NCBI GenBank assembly: GCA_016721245.1
Contig: JADKIQ010000025.1
Coordinates: 327,583-391,582 of the forward strand
Source of the DNA: Sphingobacteriales bacterium
GTDB lineage: Bacteria > Bacteroidota > Bacteroidia > Chitinophagales > JADIYW01
DNA: 64,000 nucleotides
Direction: 5' to 3'
The notes under the pieces are model-generated. The model did no database searches, was not told the DNA's origin, and saw only the letters and a program-made list of their open reading frames with translations. Both the position numbers and the translations under genes were made by a program. Within the stretch, counting starts at the first letter, position 1; each line of letters starts with the position of its first letter. Below, piece after piece: positions 31,741 through 42,044 of this stretch.

Positions 31741-33297
31741 ATGAGCGAAATAAAAATCCTTTGGGCTGACGATGAAATTGACTTATTAAAGCCTCAAATC
31801 ATTTTTTTAGAACAAAAAGGATATACAGTTGAGCCGGTGAGCAACGGACACGATGCACTGGATAAATGCAAAACAGAACATTTCGATTTAATTTTTCTGG
31901 ATGAACACATGCCGGGAATCTCCGGACTGGAAACACTTTCCCGTATAAAAGCTATTAACAAAGATATTCCGGTGGTGATGATTACCAAAAATGAAGAGGA
32001 GAATATCATGGAAGAAGCGATTGGTTCTCAGATTGCAGATTATTTAATCAAGCCTGTAAAACCGAATCAGATTCTTCTTGCTATTAAAAAAATAACAGAA
32101 AACAAAAAACTCGTTTCAGAAAAGACGGCTACTTCTTATCGTCAGGAATTTCAGAACATCATGACAGAAGTGAATAATGTGAACACCCATCAGGAATGGG
32201 CTGAATTGTATAAGAAATTAATTTACTGGGAGCTTGAACTGGAAAAAGCAGACAACCCGGATATGAAAAATATCCTGGATATGCAGAAAGGGGAAGCGAA
32301 TAAAGAGTTCTTTAAATTCATTTCTAAAAATTATATGAGATGGCTGAAAGAACCAGGTAAAGAAAGTACACCAACATTATCTTACACCCTATTCAAAGAC
32401 AAAGTAATTCCAGCTATACAGAAAGATGTTCCAACATTTTTTCTGCTGGTAGACAATTTGCGTTACGACCATTTCAGAGTAATAGAAACCTTATTAAAAG
32501 AAGATTTCCGTAAAGTAAGCGAAGATCATTTCTACAGTATTTTACCCACCACCACACAATATTCCCGTAATTCTATTTTCTCCGGTTTAATGCCTTTGGA
32601 TATCGACAAAAAATATCCTGAAAAATGGTTTTATGACGACGAGAATGCCGGTAAAAACCTGCACGAAGAGTTCTTCCTGAACGAGCAGTTCAAACGCAGT
32701 AACATCCACTTAAAAACGAGTTATACCAAAATCACCAATCATAAAAGCGGCAAAGAATTAGAAGATACGATTCTGAATCTGATGAATAATGATTTTAACG
32801 TCATAGTTTACAACTTCGTAGATATGTTGTCGCATGCAAGAACAGAAATGGAAGTACTGAAAGAGCTGGCCAGCGATGAAGCAGCCTATCGTTCATTAAC
32901 ACTTTCCTGGTTCGACCATTCGCCCTTATTAAACGCCTTGCAAAAATTAAAGGAGAGAAAAGTAAGAATTGTAATCACTTCAGACCACGGAACGGTGCGT
33001 GTACAGAACCCATCTAAAATCATTGGCGATAAAGCAACCACTACCAATCTGCGTTACAAAACTGGAAAAAATCTAAATTTCAACGAGAAAGAAGTTTTTT
33101 TTGTGAAAAATCCGGAAGAAGCTTTACTGCCAAAATCTAATTTAAGTTCATCTTATGTTTTTGCCAAAGAAGATTACTATTTCTGTTATCCGAATAATTA
33201 CAACCATTTTGTCAATTATTACAGAAATACCTTCCAGCATGGCGGTGTTTCCATCGAAGAAATGATTGTTCCCGTGGCCGTTTTTGAAAGCAAATAA
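31741..33297 (+). CDS. porX: response-regulator receiver fused to a PglZ/alkaline-phosphatase-like domain (PorX-type T9SS regulator)
   Basis: 518-aa ORF. The receiver has ILWADDE and LIFLDEHMPG. The PglZ-like part has DNLRYD, DMLSHAR and ITSDHG. Confidence 0.8.
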   Translation: MSEIKILWADDEIDLLKPQIIFLEQKGYTVEPVSNGHDALDKCKTEHFDLIFLDEHMPGISGLETLSRIKAINKDIPVVMITKNEEENIMEEAIGSQIADYLIKPVKPNQILLAIKKITENKKLVSEKTATSYRQEFQNIMTEVNNVNTHQEWAELYKKLIYWELELEKADNPDMKNILDMQKGEANKEFFKFISKNYMRWLKEPGKESTPTLSYTLFKDKVIPAIQKDVPTFFLLVDNLRYDHFRVIETLLKEDFRKVSEDHFYSILPTTTQYSRNSIFSGLMPLDIDKKYPEKWFYDDENAGKNLHEEFFLNEQFKRSNIHLKTSYTKITNHKSGKELEDTILNLMNNDFNVIVYNFVDMLSHARTEMEVLKELASDEAAYRSLTLSWFDHSPLLNALQKLKERKVRIVITSDHGTVRVQNPSKIIGDKATTTNLRYKTGKNLNFNEKEVFFVKNPEEALLPKSNLSSSYVFAKEDYYFCYPNNYNHFVNYYRNTFQHGGVSIEEMIVPVAVFESK

Positions 33298-33315
33298 TCG
33301 TAGGATTTATACAAG

Positions 33316-33729
33316 ATGAATTTTACTGTTAATTCAATTCAAGAATTAAATGCTGTTGCAGATGAAATCATCCGGCTTACCGAGGCAAATTCTGTTTTTT
33401 GTTTTTACGGAAATCTAGGTGCCGGCAAAACCACCTTAATTAAACTCATTTGCGAAAAACTTCAGGTAACGGACACCATTTCTTCTCCGACCTATCCCAT
33501 TATTAATGAGTATCATTATCCCAATGGAATCATTTATCACATTGATTTATATCGTCTAAAATCAATAGATGAAGCCTTAAATATCGGACTGGAAGAATAT
33601 CTCTATTCCGGAAATCTGAGCTTTATTGAATGGCCGGATAATTTTGAAAGTATATTGCCCGACAAACATATTAAGATAAAAATTAGTAAATTTGAGGAAG
33701 ACAGAACTATTGTATTAAGTTCAACCTAA
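33316..33729 (+). CDS. tsaE: tRNA t6A biosynthesis ATPase TsaE
   Basis: 137-aa ORF with the P-loop GNLGAGKTT and the YHIDLYRL motif. Confidence 0.88.
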   Translation: MNFTVNSIQELNAVADEIIRLTEANSVFCFYGNLGAGKTTLIKLICEKLQVTDTISSPTYPIINEYHYPNGIIYHIDLYRLKSIDEALNIGLEEYLYSGNLSFIEWPDNFESILPDKHIKIKISKFEEDRTIVLSST

Positions 33730-33767
33730 ACACTTAATACAATCTTCAATACACTCAATATTAAGCT

Positions 33768-34979
33768 ATGGAATCCATGTTAGGTAAAATAAAATCAGAA
33801 TATTCTTTATACACCAAAGAAGTGCTGGCAGAAATCGGCACCAGCAGGAAATCTTTATTTATCGGCATCCCGAAAGAAACCGACTATCAGGAAAAAAGAA
33901 TTCCTCTGACCCCCAACTCCGTTGCAGCATTAGTGAATTACGGTTTCAGAATTACCATAGAAAAAGATGCGGGCGAGAATTCTAATTTCTCGAATGAGGA
34001 GTATATGAACGCCGGAGCCGATGTGGTGTTTACCAAAGAAGATGTTTTCAAAGCGGATACTATATTAAAATCCGGCCCCATCAACCAGAGTGAAATCAGC
34101 TTACTGCATAGCAATCAGATTATCTTCTCTCCCATTTTGCTGCCCAACCAAACAAAAAACATGGTGAAGTGCATGATGGAGAAACGCATTACCGCGATTG
34201 CTTTTGAATATGTGAAAGGCGATTACGGCACTTATCCCTTTATGCGCAGTATGAGCGAGATAGCCGGAAATTATGCCATCACAACGGCTGCCCGTTATTT
34301 AAGCAATGAGTACGGGAAAGGTATTTTATTAGGTGGTATTGCCGGTCAGCCGCCTGCCAAGGTCATGATTATCGGTGCGGGAACTGTGGGCGAAGCAGCG
34401 GCTAAATCTGCACTGGCATTAGGTGCTTCCGTGCAGGTGTTTGATGATAATATTTACCGTTTATCACGCCTGCAAAATGATTTGGGAAATAAAATTTACA
34501 CCTCTGTAATCGATCCGATTAACTTAGCTAAAAATATTTCCCGCGCACATGTGGTAATTGGTGCTTTAAAGCCAAAAAATGGAAAAACTCCGCGTGTGGT
34601 GACTGAAGACATGGTGCGTTCCATGAAGAAAGACTCCGTTATTATTGATGTTTCCATCGATCAGGGCGGATGTTTTGAAACTTCCGTAGTAACAAACCAC
34701 AATGAACCAGTATACACCAAACATGGCGTCATTCATTACTGCGTTCCGAATATTGCTTCCAACGTTTCCAGAACGGCAAGTTATGCGTTAAGCAATATTT
34801 TAGCTCCTATCTTGAAAAATGCCGCGGATTCCGGCAGTATTGAAAACTTACTGAAATACGATGATGGTTTGCGCAAAGGTGCTTATTTATACAAAGGAGC
34901 GCTGACAAAAGAATTTATCGCACAAAAATTTGATTTAAAATTCACGGATTTGGAGTTATTACTGAGTGCTGATTTTTAG
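33768..34979 (+). CDS. alanine dehydrogenase family protein
   Basis: 403-aa ORF with the AlaDH/PNT N-terminal domain and an NAD fold (VMIIGAGTVGEAAA). Confidence 0.75.
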   Translation: MESMLGKIKSEYSLYTKEVLAEIGTSRKSLFIGIPKETDYQEKRIPLTPNSVAALVNYGFRITIEKDAGENSNFSNEEYMNAGADVVFTKEDVFKADTILKSGPINQSEISLLHSNQIIFSPILLPNQTKNMVKCMMEKRITAIAFEYVKGDYGTYPFMRSMSEIAGNYAITTAARYLSNEYGKGILLGGIAGQPPAKVMIIGAGTVGEAAAKSALALGASVQVFDDNIYRLSRLQNDLGNKIYTSVIDPINLAKNISRAHVVIGALKPKNGKTPRVVTEDMVRSMKKDSVIIDVSIDQGGCFETSVVTNHNEPVYTKHGVIHYCVPNIASNVSRTASYALSNILAPILKNAADSGSIENLLKYDDGLRKGAYLYKGALTKEFIAQKFDLKFTDLELLLSADF

Positions 34980-35072
34980 GAATCATCATATAAATTTTTC
35001 CACACTATTTTCTCATATAAATAATTACTTGTATTTTGGGAGAGTCAATTTTCATTATAAAATCATACCCCA

Positions 35073-37091
35073 ATGTATTACTTACGTTCTATTCTAATTT
35101 TATCCATCTGTTTTCATTTCACCGACCGATTATTTTCAAAAGACATTAAGAACACAACTGCAGCGGCGGAAACATTATCCGTAACTTATTATGATAATCT
35201 TACTTCCGCATTATTATCCGGAGTAGCTGTGAAACTAAACCCAGCCAGAACAGAAAAGTTAAACTACACCTCTTTCTTTGCTAAAAATAATGAGTCCATC
35301 TCTATTAAGAAAAAAACAGCTGAAACAGATTATTCAACATTGGCAACAGGTGCATTTGAAAACAGCTATGCTTCTAATTCAACACTGCTGAATGGTCCAT
35401 CAGATAAAGGTGCGGTATATGAGTTATTATCAGGCATCTCTAAAAAAAACAGCCCTGATAAAGTATATTTTACTGAAATTGCATTTATTGACAGCAGCAC
35501 AGCTGTGACTATTGCCTATTCAAAAAAGAAAGCAACCCTGCTATTAATAGATATCAGCAGCAACCCGATGCGCATAAATTCAGCTATAAACGTGCCGGTA
35601 GCAACTACTTTACTGACAACACAGAAAGATATCTTTTCTGTAAATAAATCAACCGGACAAATTCTCATACCTGTACAAAAGATGACTGAAAGTGTAAGCA
35701 AAGAAGGTATTTTGGTCTGGAAAAAGAAAAAAAATGCATTGCCCGGTATCTGGATTATAACTCCGGTTAAAAATGACGAGAAGAAATGGGTTGCCGACAA
35801 GTCTGCTATCAGTGTACGATATTTCGAAAATAATGCACTTAAAAGTAACCTGCAGATACAATACACTCATATAGATAATTCCGGAAATATCTGGTTCAAT
35901 TTCAACAAAGGAATTTGCGGTGTATTGCCAATTACCGTTTTAAATAAAACAATCACTTATGCGGATCAGGTAATATTGTACAATTTCAACAAAGACCTTA
36001 GCCGTTTTTCAGATATGCAACGCAACTATAAAGAACTGCTATATCAAAACCTAAAGAATACAATAGATACAGAAACTCAGGACACTGTCAATTTTCAGAA
36101 ACAAGTGTACAAACATCCGGAAGCATTTGCAAATCAGTACCTGAGTGCCTCCCGATATAATACCTATTCTAAAATCCTCAGAAGTAAAGAGGCATTGCTG
36201 GACTCAAACAAAGTGTATGAAAACCCTGAAGCATTGTGGCAATATGTATCACTGCAGTTAGATCCTCCGAATACTAAAAAGCAAAACAAGCTAACTGATT
36301 ATTTCGGATTTAAATTAAAATCATTTCAGACGCTTCATAATGGTATTACTTCTGCAGATGACAACAGCGTGTTCGTAAGTACCAACACAGGAATCCATAA
36401 ATTATCTTACAATGTAAAAAACAACGCTGTCGAAACGAAATGGTATGTTCCTTATGAGAATAGTTATTTAAAAACAGATGCTCAAAAAGCTGCTGCCTCT
36501 GCCACAACACCTACTTATATTGCAGACAAAGAGGAAGTGGTATTTTGTGACAATGCTTTTCCACAAATCAACTTACTTATACTTGATGCCAAAACAGGTA
36601 ATTTAAAATTCAAATTTCCTCTTTTTGAATACAATATTGGAAGTGCCTGTGAAAATGCCATTGCATATACAGAAAATACAATCATAGCGGGCAATACCTT
36701 TGGCAACAGCAACAGTTTAAAATCAGATGCATTAGCTTATCCGGCAAATGGCATCATGAAATTCAACTGTTCAACAAGTGGAAAATGGTCGGTAGATTAC
36801 AACTGGAATAAAAACCAGGTAAATACACCTACAAACACAGCTGCACCTAAAATTTCTATTCCCGATCATAAAGCATACATATACCATAATAATTCCGGTC
36901 AATGGCAGTTAAGTGTCATCAGATTAGATAAAACAGATACAGGATTTCCATTGCTGTTTTCACTGACACCAGATTTTAAAAACATTGGCAAAACCAATAT
37001 CGGCAACTTCAAAAGCAATTTCACCTTCGGACCAAACAAATCCATCTTGATTGGAACAAAAAACGGGCTATTGAGAATTGTAACGGAATAA
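35073..37091 (+). CDS. secreted hypothetical protein
   Basis: 672-aa ORF with a signal-peptide-like N-terminus. No motif was recognised. Confidence 0.6.
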   Translation: MYYLRSILILSICFHFTDRLFSKDIKNTTAAAETLSVTYYDNLTSALLSGVAVKLNPARTEKLNYTSFFAKNNESISIKKKTAETDYSTLATGAFENSYASNSTLLNGPSDKGAVYELLSGISKKNSPDKVYFTEIAFIDSSTAVTIAYSKKKATLLLIDISSNPMRINSAINVPVATTLLTTQKDIFSVNKSTGQILIPVQKMTESVSKEGILVWKKKKNALPGIWIITPVKNDEKKWVADKSAISVRYFENNALKSNLQIQYTHIDNSGNIWFNFNKGICGVLPITVLNKTITYADQVILYNFNKDLSRFSDMQRNYKELLYQNLKNTIDTETQDTVNFQKQVYKHPEAFANQYLSASRYNTYSKILRSKEALLDSNKVYENPEALWQYVSLQLDPPNTKKQNKLTDYFGFKLKSFQTLHNGITSADDNSVFVSTNTGIHKLSYNVKNNAVETKWYVPYENSYLKTDAQKAAASATTPTYIADKEEVVFCDNAFPQINLLILDAKTGNLKFKFPLFEYNIGSACENAIAYTENTIIAGNTFGNSNSLKSDALAYPANGIMKFNCSTSGKWSVDYNWNKNQVNTPTNTAAPKISIPDHKAYIYHNNSGQWQLSVIRLDKTDTGFPLLFSLTPDFKNIGKTNIGNFKSNFTFGPNKSILIGTKNGLLRIVTE

Positions 37092-37098
37092 ATTAGGC

Positions 37099-38300
37099 TT
37101 ACCCGAACAGACGCTTCTTAAAATCTTCTTTTGTTGGTACCGGTAAAAAGATGGACGTAAATAATATACCCATAAGTATTAATGGAACAACTGCGCTATG
37201 ATAAGTTTGCGGATTTAACCACCATCCGGCCAGTAAACAGATTAACAGAATTCTGTAAATCTTGATATAAGTTAATACGAATTTGGGCAACTGCTGCTTT
37301 CCGGCAAAAAAGAAGAATGGAATATTCAAGGGCATTGCCCATAAAATATTTAAATTCCATTTGGTAGAAAGATGATCTGTACCAAACCACATAAACAGAA
37401 ATAACCAGCCGAATACCCCTAAAATGGAAAAATAAACGATGGGTATAATTTTGAATCTGGAAAATACAGACCATTTAATCTGCAGCATCAACACCACAAA
37501 AAATAATATCCAGAATACCAAACCTGGTGTCAGCCAGTTTTTTGCATTGTACTCCGGCACTGTATCCAGAATTAAATTATTACCACTCACAAGAGGCTTT
37601 CCGTCTACCGTGGCACTGTCGCATAATTGCATCAGCTCGTCCGGTAAAAAGGTACGTCCGTAACCGGCTTTTTTATCCGTTGGAATGCCGATTAAAATAT
37701 CCATGCCTACATCCAGCCATTCATTCGTAACGTTTCTGTCGATTAACTGACGGAAAGATGCCGCATCATCCGCATCCTTTTTAAATTGTATGGTTTTGAA
37801 CAAAGACAACACAATATTGCGTGGACGTGTAGAACAGTTATCAAATAAGAAATCATACTTGTAGTATTTGTTTTCCTCGCGTGCATTGATGGTCAGGCGC
37901 TCGAATAATAATTGTTTTTGCTCCTGCGTCAGATTCAAGTCCTGTTCCCGAATCCAGCGATTTTCTTCGCGGTACATTTGTTCAAAGTCTCTGTAATTGT
38001 CTATAGATTCGTAATACAATAATTTGCCTCTGATAAATTTCATCAGAAAATCAGGTTCCCCGAAATTGAAGGTGCCGTAATTATACACCAAATCCCATCC
38101 TAAAATAGAGTCTTTTATACGTATAGCGGTATGTCCGAAATTCTGGTAAATTTCATGGTCGGCGCGGCCAATCGTCAGCAAACTGATTTTAGACGTAGAC
38201 GTTAATGCAGGCACTTTCAAATCTTTATCATAGCCAAATGACAGCAGGAAATCAGAAGAAATGTTAAGAGAAACCCATATTTGTAAGGAAACAACTTCAT
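37099..38300 (-). pseudogene. DUF4105 (Lnb-like) membrane protein, N-terminal frameshift
   Basis: ORF 37099..38220 has a DUF4105-like periplasmic domain (ISLLTIGRADHEIYQNFGHTAIRI) followed by a C-terminal multi-TM region. A lipoprotein-type signal peptide MKLFPYKYGFLLTFLLISC (ATG at 38300) lies immediately upstream in another frame. Confidence 0.65.
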
Positions 38301-38353
38301 GGTACGAATATAGATATAAAACTTTTTATTCAGAAAATCGTTTATTAAATAGT

Positions 38354-38908
38354 ATGAACATGAACAAATTAAATTTAATTTTATGGGTACTGTTGAGCTT
38401 CAGCTTAGTCAGTTCAAAATGCCAGAGCACTAAAAATGCGGCGAGTAAACAAATTACCGGAACACCAAAAAATAAAACAAATATGGATACCACTACCGTT
38501 ATCAAATCCGAAGAAGAATGGAGAAAAGTATTAAGCGACGAAGAATACAATGTACTGCGGGAAGCAGGTACTGAACGTCCGTTTACAGGCAAATACACCG
38601 ATTTAAAAGCAGATGGTAACTATTACTGCAAAGCCTGCGGAAATTTACTCTTCACGTCTGAAACCAAATACCACAGCGGCTGTGGCTGGCCTGCCTTTTA
38701 TGACAATGCCGGCAATACGGCAGTAGAAAACCGCATAGATAATAGTTACGGAATGTCGCGCATTGAAGTAGTCTGCAAGAAATGCAAGTCTCATTTAGGC
38801 CATGTTTTCGAAGATGGACCAAGAGACAAAACAGGATTGCGTTACTGCATCAATTCTATCAGTCTGGATTTTAAAGAAGACAGCACTAATGATGCAAAAG
38901 CAAAATAA
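38354..38908 (+). CDS. msrB: peptide-methionine (R)-S-oxide reductase MsrB, secreted/lipoprotein form
   Basis: It has the CKACGNLLF, GCGWPAF, CKKCKSHLGHVF and RYCINS motifs. The ATG at 38354 gives the signal peptide MNMNKLNLILWVLLSFSLVSSKC. The track start at 38261 is probably an overextension. Confidence 0.88.
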   Translation: MNMNKLNLILWVLLSFSLVSSKCQSTKNAASKQITGTPKNKTNMDTTTVIKSEEEWRKVLSDEEYNVLREAGTERPFTGKYTDLKADGNYYCKACGNLLFTSETKYHSGCGWPAFYDNAGNTAVENRIDNSYGMSRIEVVCKKCKSHLGHVFEDGPRDKTGLRYCINSISLDFKEDSTNDAKAK

Positions 38909-39016
38909 AGTATTGGTGTTTTAAAAAGGGATACGAAAGTAATTAATTATTGATAACCAATAGTTTAAATTACATGCAAGCGTTTTATTTTGTACAAAGA
39001 AAAATAATGCTGTTAA

Positions 39017-39901
39017 TCAATAATCTCTGTATCCAAACTTTCGAAGCATACTTTCATTATTACGCCAGTTGTCAGAAACGCGCACATGCGTTTCGAGAAA
39101 TATTTTTTTGCCAAAAAACTTTTCAAGATCTAAACGGGCTTGAGTACCCACTTTTTTCAGCATCTCGCCATTTTTGCCAATGAGAATTGGTTTTTGGCTT
39201 TCGCGTTCTACATATATTTCTACGGAAATCTTAATAATATCGCCGTCTTCCATAAAATAAGAGCAAACTACTTCGCAGCTATACGGAATTTCCTGTTTGT
39301 AGTTCATCAGTATTTTTTCGCGAATGACTTCCGTTACAAAGAAGCGTTCAGGCCGGTCGGTCCAGTCGTCTTTTCCAAAGTAAGGTTCACTTTCCGGCAA
39401 ATAGCTTATTAAATCCGCCATTAAGGTTTCCAGGTTCCAGTTAAACTTAGCAGAAAACGGAATCACCTTCGCCTGCGGAAAATCTTCTTGCCAAATCAGT
39501 CGCTGCTGTTCCACTTCATCGTGTTCTGCAATATCCATTTTATTCAGCAAAAGCACAACCGGTACTTTCATGTTCTTTATCTTGTTGTATTCATCCGGCT
39601 GGTTTTCAGGCTTATCGCCAATCTGTACCATAAAAATGAACGTATCCGCATCCTCCAGTGAGGTGCGCACAAAATCCATCATGGATTCCTGCATTTTATA
39701 TGCAGGTTTGATGATACCCGGCAAATCGGAAAAGATAATCTGAAAATCATCCCCGTTCACAATACCGAGAATACGGTGGCGCGTGGTTTGTGCTTTGGAT
39801 GTGATAATGGAAACGCGCTCGCCTACGAGGGCATTCATAAGGGTAGATTTCCCAACGTTGGGTTTTCCTAAAATATTGACATATCCTGCTTTATGGCTCA
39901 T
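39017..39901 (-). CDS. era: GTPase Era
   Basis: 294-aa ORF with G1 (GKPNVGKST), DLPG, NKMD and a C-terminal KH domain. Confidence 0.93.
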   Translation of the reverse strand: MSHKAGYVNILGKPNVGKSTLMNALVGERVSIITSKAQTTRHRILGIVNGDDFQIIFSDLPGIIKPAYKMQESMMDFVRTSLEDADTFIFMVQIGDKPENQPDEYNKIKNMKVPVVLLLNKMDIAEHDEVEQQRLIWQEDFPQAKVIPFSAKFNWNLETLMADLISYLPESEPYFGKDDWTDRPERFFVTEVIREKILMNYKQEIPYSCEVVCSYFMEDGDIIKISVEIYVERESQKPILIGKNGEMLKKVGTQARLDLEKFFGKKIFLETHVRVSDNWRNNESMLRKFGYRDY

Positions 39902-40249
39902 GGTAGGTGGTCTAAATGTTTACTAAAGAAAATCCTTAAACATATACTCGAAATAAATTTAATAAATATAAAGCAAAATTTAAAAGAAAGGATTTAAAAC
40001 AGAGTGACTTTTTATAGGAACATCGCACAAAAGTCGCGTTCACAAGCAACATTTTTATAAATTATTACTTTTTTGATGCCAAGCTACCAGTAGCCTGTTT
40101 ATGGCTAAAAGGGTTGACTAGAAAGTAAAAAATAGAAGTTTTGCATTTCTTTGTAAAAGCTTAGGGTTGTGACTTTCAAATTTCAAAAGATTACTATTTG
40201 GTGTATTACACTAATTAAATCAGTTTGTATAAGCTAGCAATACAAACAA

Positions 40250-40257
40250 TATATTTG
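40250..40257 (+). promoter_or_regulatory. TAnnTTTG promoter-like motif
   Basis: TATATTTG lies 30 nt upstream of the ATG at 40288. Confidence 0.3.
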
Positions 40258-40287
40258 TAAAACAATATAAAATATGTATCTTTAATT

Positions 40288-41283
40288 ATGTCTTTATTTA
40301 AAAATGTATTTCGCAAAAGCTCTTTATGCTTATTTATTTTATCAGGATTTATTTTTTTAAGTTCCTGTAAAAAAAATACTTCGTTGCCTGGTGTCCATAG
40401 TATCAGTACCGCTAATATTTTAAATATTACGGATAGCTCTGCCGAAATTGAAATCCATGTTGGTCCGGATGTTGGCACTTCAATAACATCCCAGGGAGTA
40501 TGCTGGAGTACACATCCTAATCCAACTACAGCCGACAACGTTATAAGTGCTATTGCTACCGACAATATTTTTATTTTACATATGACCGGACTCAGCAGGC
40601 ATACCGTTTATTACGTACGCACGTATGCTACCAACAGCCTAGGCACTACTTACAGTAATGAAATTTCTTTCCAGACCTTGCCAATACTGGGAACAGTAAC
40701 AGATATAGACGGGAATGTATATACTACAGTAGTTATTGGCACACAGGTATGGATGCAGGAAAACCTGAAAACCACTCATTATAACGACGGCACTGTAATT
40801 CTGGAAGCGCAAGACTTACTTACCTGGAAAAACAGATCAATGGATTCGACCGGAGCATGGTGTTATTACGATGAAAATCCTGCGAACAACCTTTCCATCG
40901 GTAAATTATATAATTTTTACGCAGTTTCTACAGGCAAGCTGGCACCAGAAGGCTGGCATGTACCATCTAAAGATGAATGGATTATACTAAGTGATTATCT
41001 CGGTGGAATAAGTTCTGCCGGTAAAAAAATGAAAGCTGGTGACTTATGGCAATATTATCCGGGACAAACCAATACCAATAGTAGCTATTTTACAGCGTTA
41101 CCAAGTGGACAACGCACTGAATCTGGCACTTTTTACGGCGGTGACACCTACGCAGGTTTTTGGAGCAAGGAGAGTTATCCTTTACAAGGACTTTTACGGG
41201 ATGTAAACTATTATGATGCAATTCTGGACATAGCGTATGAATTTAAAACATTGGGCGCATCTGTCCGGTGTATTAAAGATTAA
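40288..41283 (+). CDS. lipoprotein with a Fibrobacter succinogenes major paralogous (FISUMP) domain
   Basis: 331-aa ORF with a lipobox (FLSSC) and the FISUMP motif DIDGNVYTTVVIGTQVWMQENLKTTHYNDG...GFWS...SVRCIKD. Confidence 0.8.
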   Translation: MSLFKNVFRKSSLCLFILSGFIFLSSCKKNTSLPGVHSISTANILNITDSSAEIEIHVGPDVGTSITSQGVCWSTHPNPTTADNVISAIATDNIFILHMTGLSRHTVYYVRTYATNSLGTTYSNEISFQTLPILGTVTDIDGNVYTTVVIGTQVWMQENLKTTHYNDGTVILEAQDLLTWKNRSMDSTGAWCYYDENPANNLSIGKLYNFYAVSTGKLAPEGWHVPSKDEWIILSDYLGGISSAGKKMKAGDLWQYYPGQTNTNSSYFTALPSGQRTESGTFYGGDTYAGFWSKESYPLQGLLRDVNYYDAILDIAYEFKTLGASVRCIKD

Positions 41284-41423
41284 CACCTTAGCTTTATCAC
41301 ACTTGGAAGCCAAAAAGAAAATGTGAAATATTTATGAACACTTTGATAAATAAGTAATTATAATAATAATAAATATATACATCTAAATTTACAATACGAG
41401 CATAGAACCTGATAAAAATAAAA

Positions 41424-41452
41424 AAGGTTTCTAATATAGAAACCTTTTTTTT
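41424..41452. terminator. bidirectional terminator-like hairpin
   Basis: aaggtttc-taatata-gaaacctt is flanked by an A-run and a T-run. It lies between the FISUMP gene (+) and the 3' end of the tRNA (-). Confidence 0.65.
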
Positions 41453-41458
41453 GTTTTG

Positions 41459-41531
<73 letters not shown>

Positions 41532-41745
41532 ATGTGGTGCAAAATTACATTCTTTTAAGTGAATAACAACATTAATTTTGAGTAAAGTTGTAAATACATC
41601 ACTAAATCTCACTTTTTGTTATCAAAACTGCATTTATTAGATTTTAGAGATGATTCAATATTTGTAGGAAAACCCAATAAATTTTTGTATCTTAGAGAAA
41701 TAAGCCCTTTTCAAGAAGGTTATTACTCACAAAAAAATATGCACG

Positions 41746-41985
41746 ATGAACGAAACAAAAAATAAATACCTGTTTGGAGCAAAACTGAGCATCCTGAACG
41801 GAAAAGAAATAAAAGTAAAAATAGTGGAACATTCCGGAGCTATCACCGAAGGCGTGGTAACGGCGTACACCAGAGGCGGTTATGATGCCAAAGGCAATGT
41901 TATCAAACCCGGCACCGGCATCAGCAATGCGAAAGGTGTTTCCAAAATAGACATTGACAGCATCGAGCAGTTGTTTTACAACTAG
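41746..41985 (+). CDS. small hypothetical protein (79 aa)
   Basis: Clean ATG ORF followed by the terminator hairpin. No motif was recognised. Confidence 0.45.
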   Translation: MNETKNKYLFGAKLSILNGKEIKVKIVEHSGAITEGVVTAYTRGGYDAKGNVIKPGTGISNAKGVSKIDIDSIEQLFYN

Positions 41986-42007
41986 TTTACCGAGTTTTTT
42001 AAAATAT

Positions 42008-42033
42008 AAAGGTTCTCCAATGGAGAACCTTTT
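42008..42033. terminator. bidirectional terminator-like hairpin
   Basis: aaaggttctcc-aat-ggagaaccttt lies between the convergent small ORF (+) and clpB (-). Confidence 0.7.
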
Positions 42034-42044
42034 ATTATTTGGCT

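Noticed and set aside
38261-38353. N-terminal 31-aa extension of MsrB from the ORF track
   Set aside because: The extension (MLRETHICKETTSWYEYRYK…) precedes a perfect signal peptide that starts at the ATG at 38354. It also overlaps the DUF4105 upstream region.
40215-40565. 116-aa minus-strand ORF
   Set aside because: It is antisense to the 5' end of the FISUMP lipoprotein gene and extends into the promoter region. It is most likely spurious.
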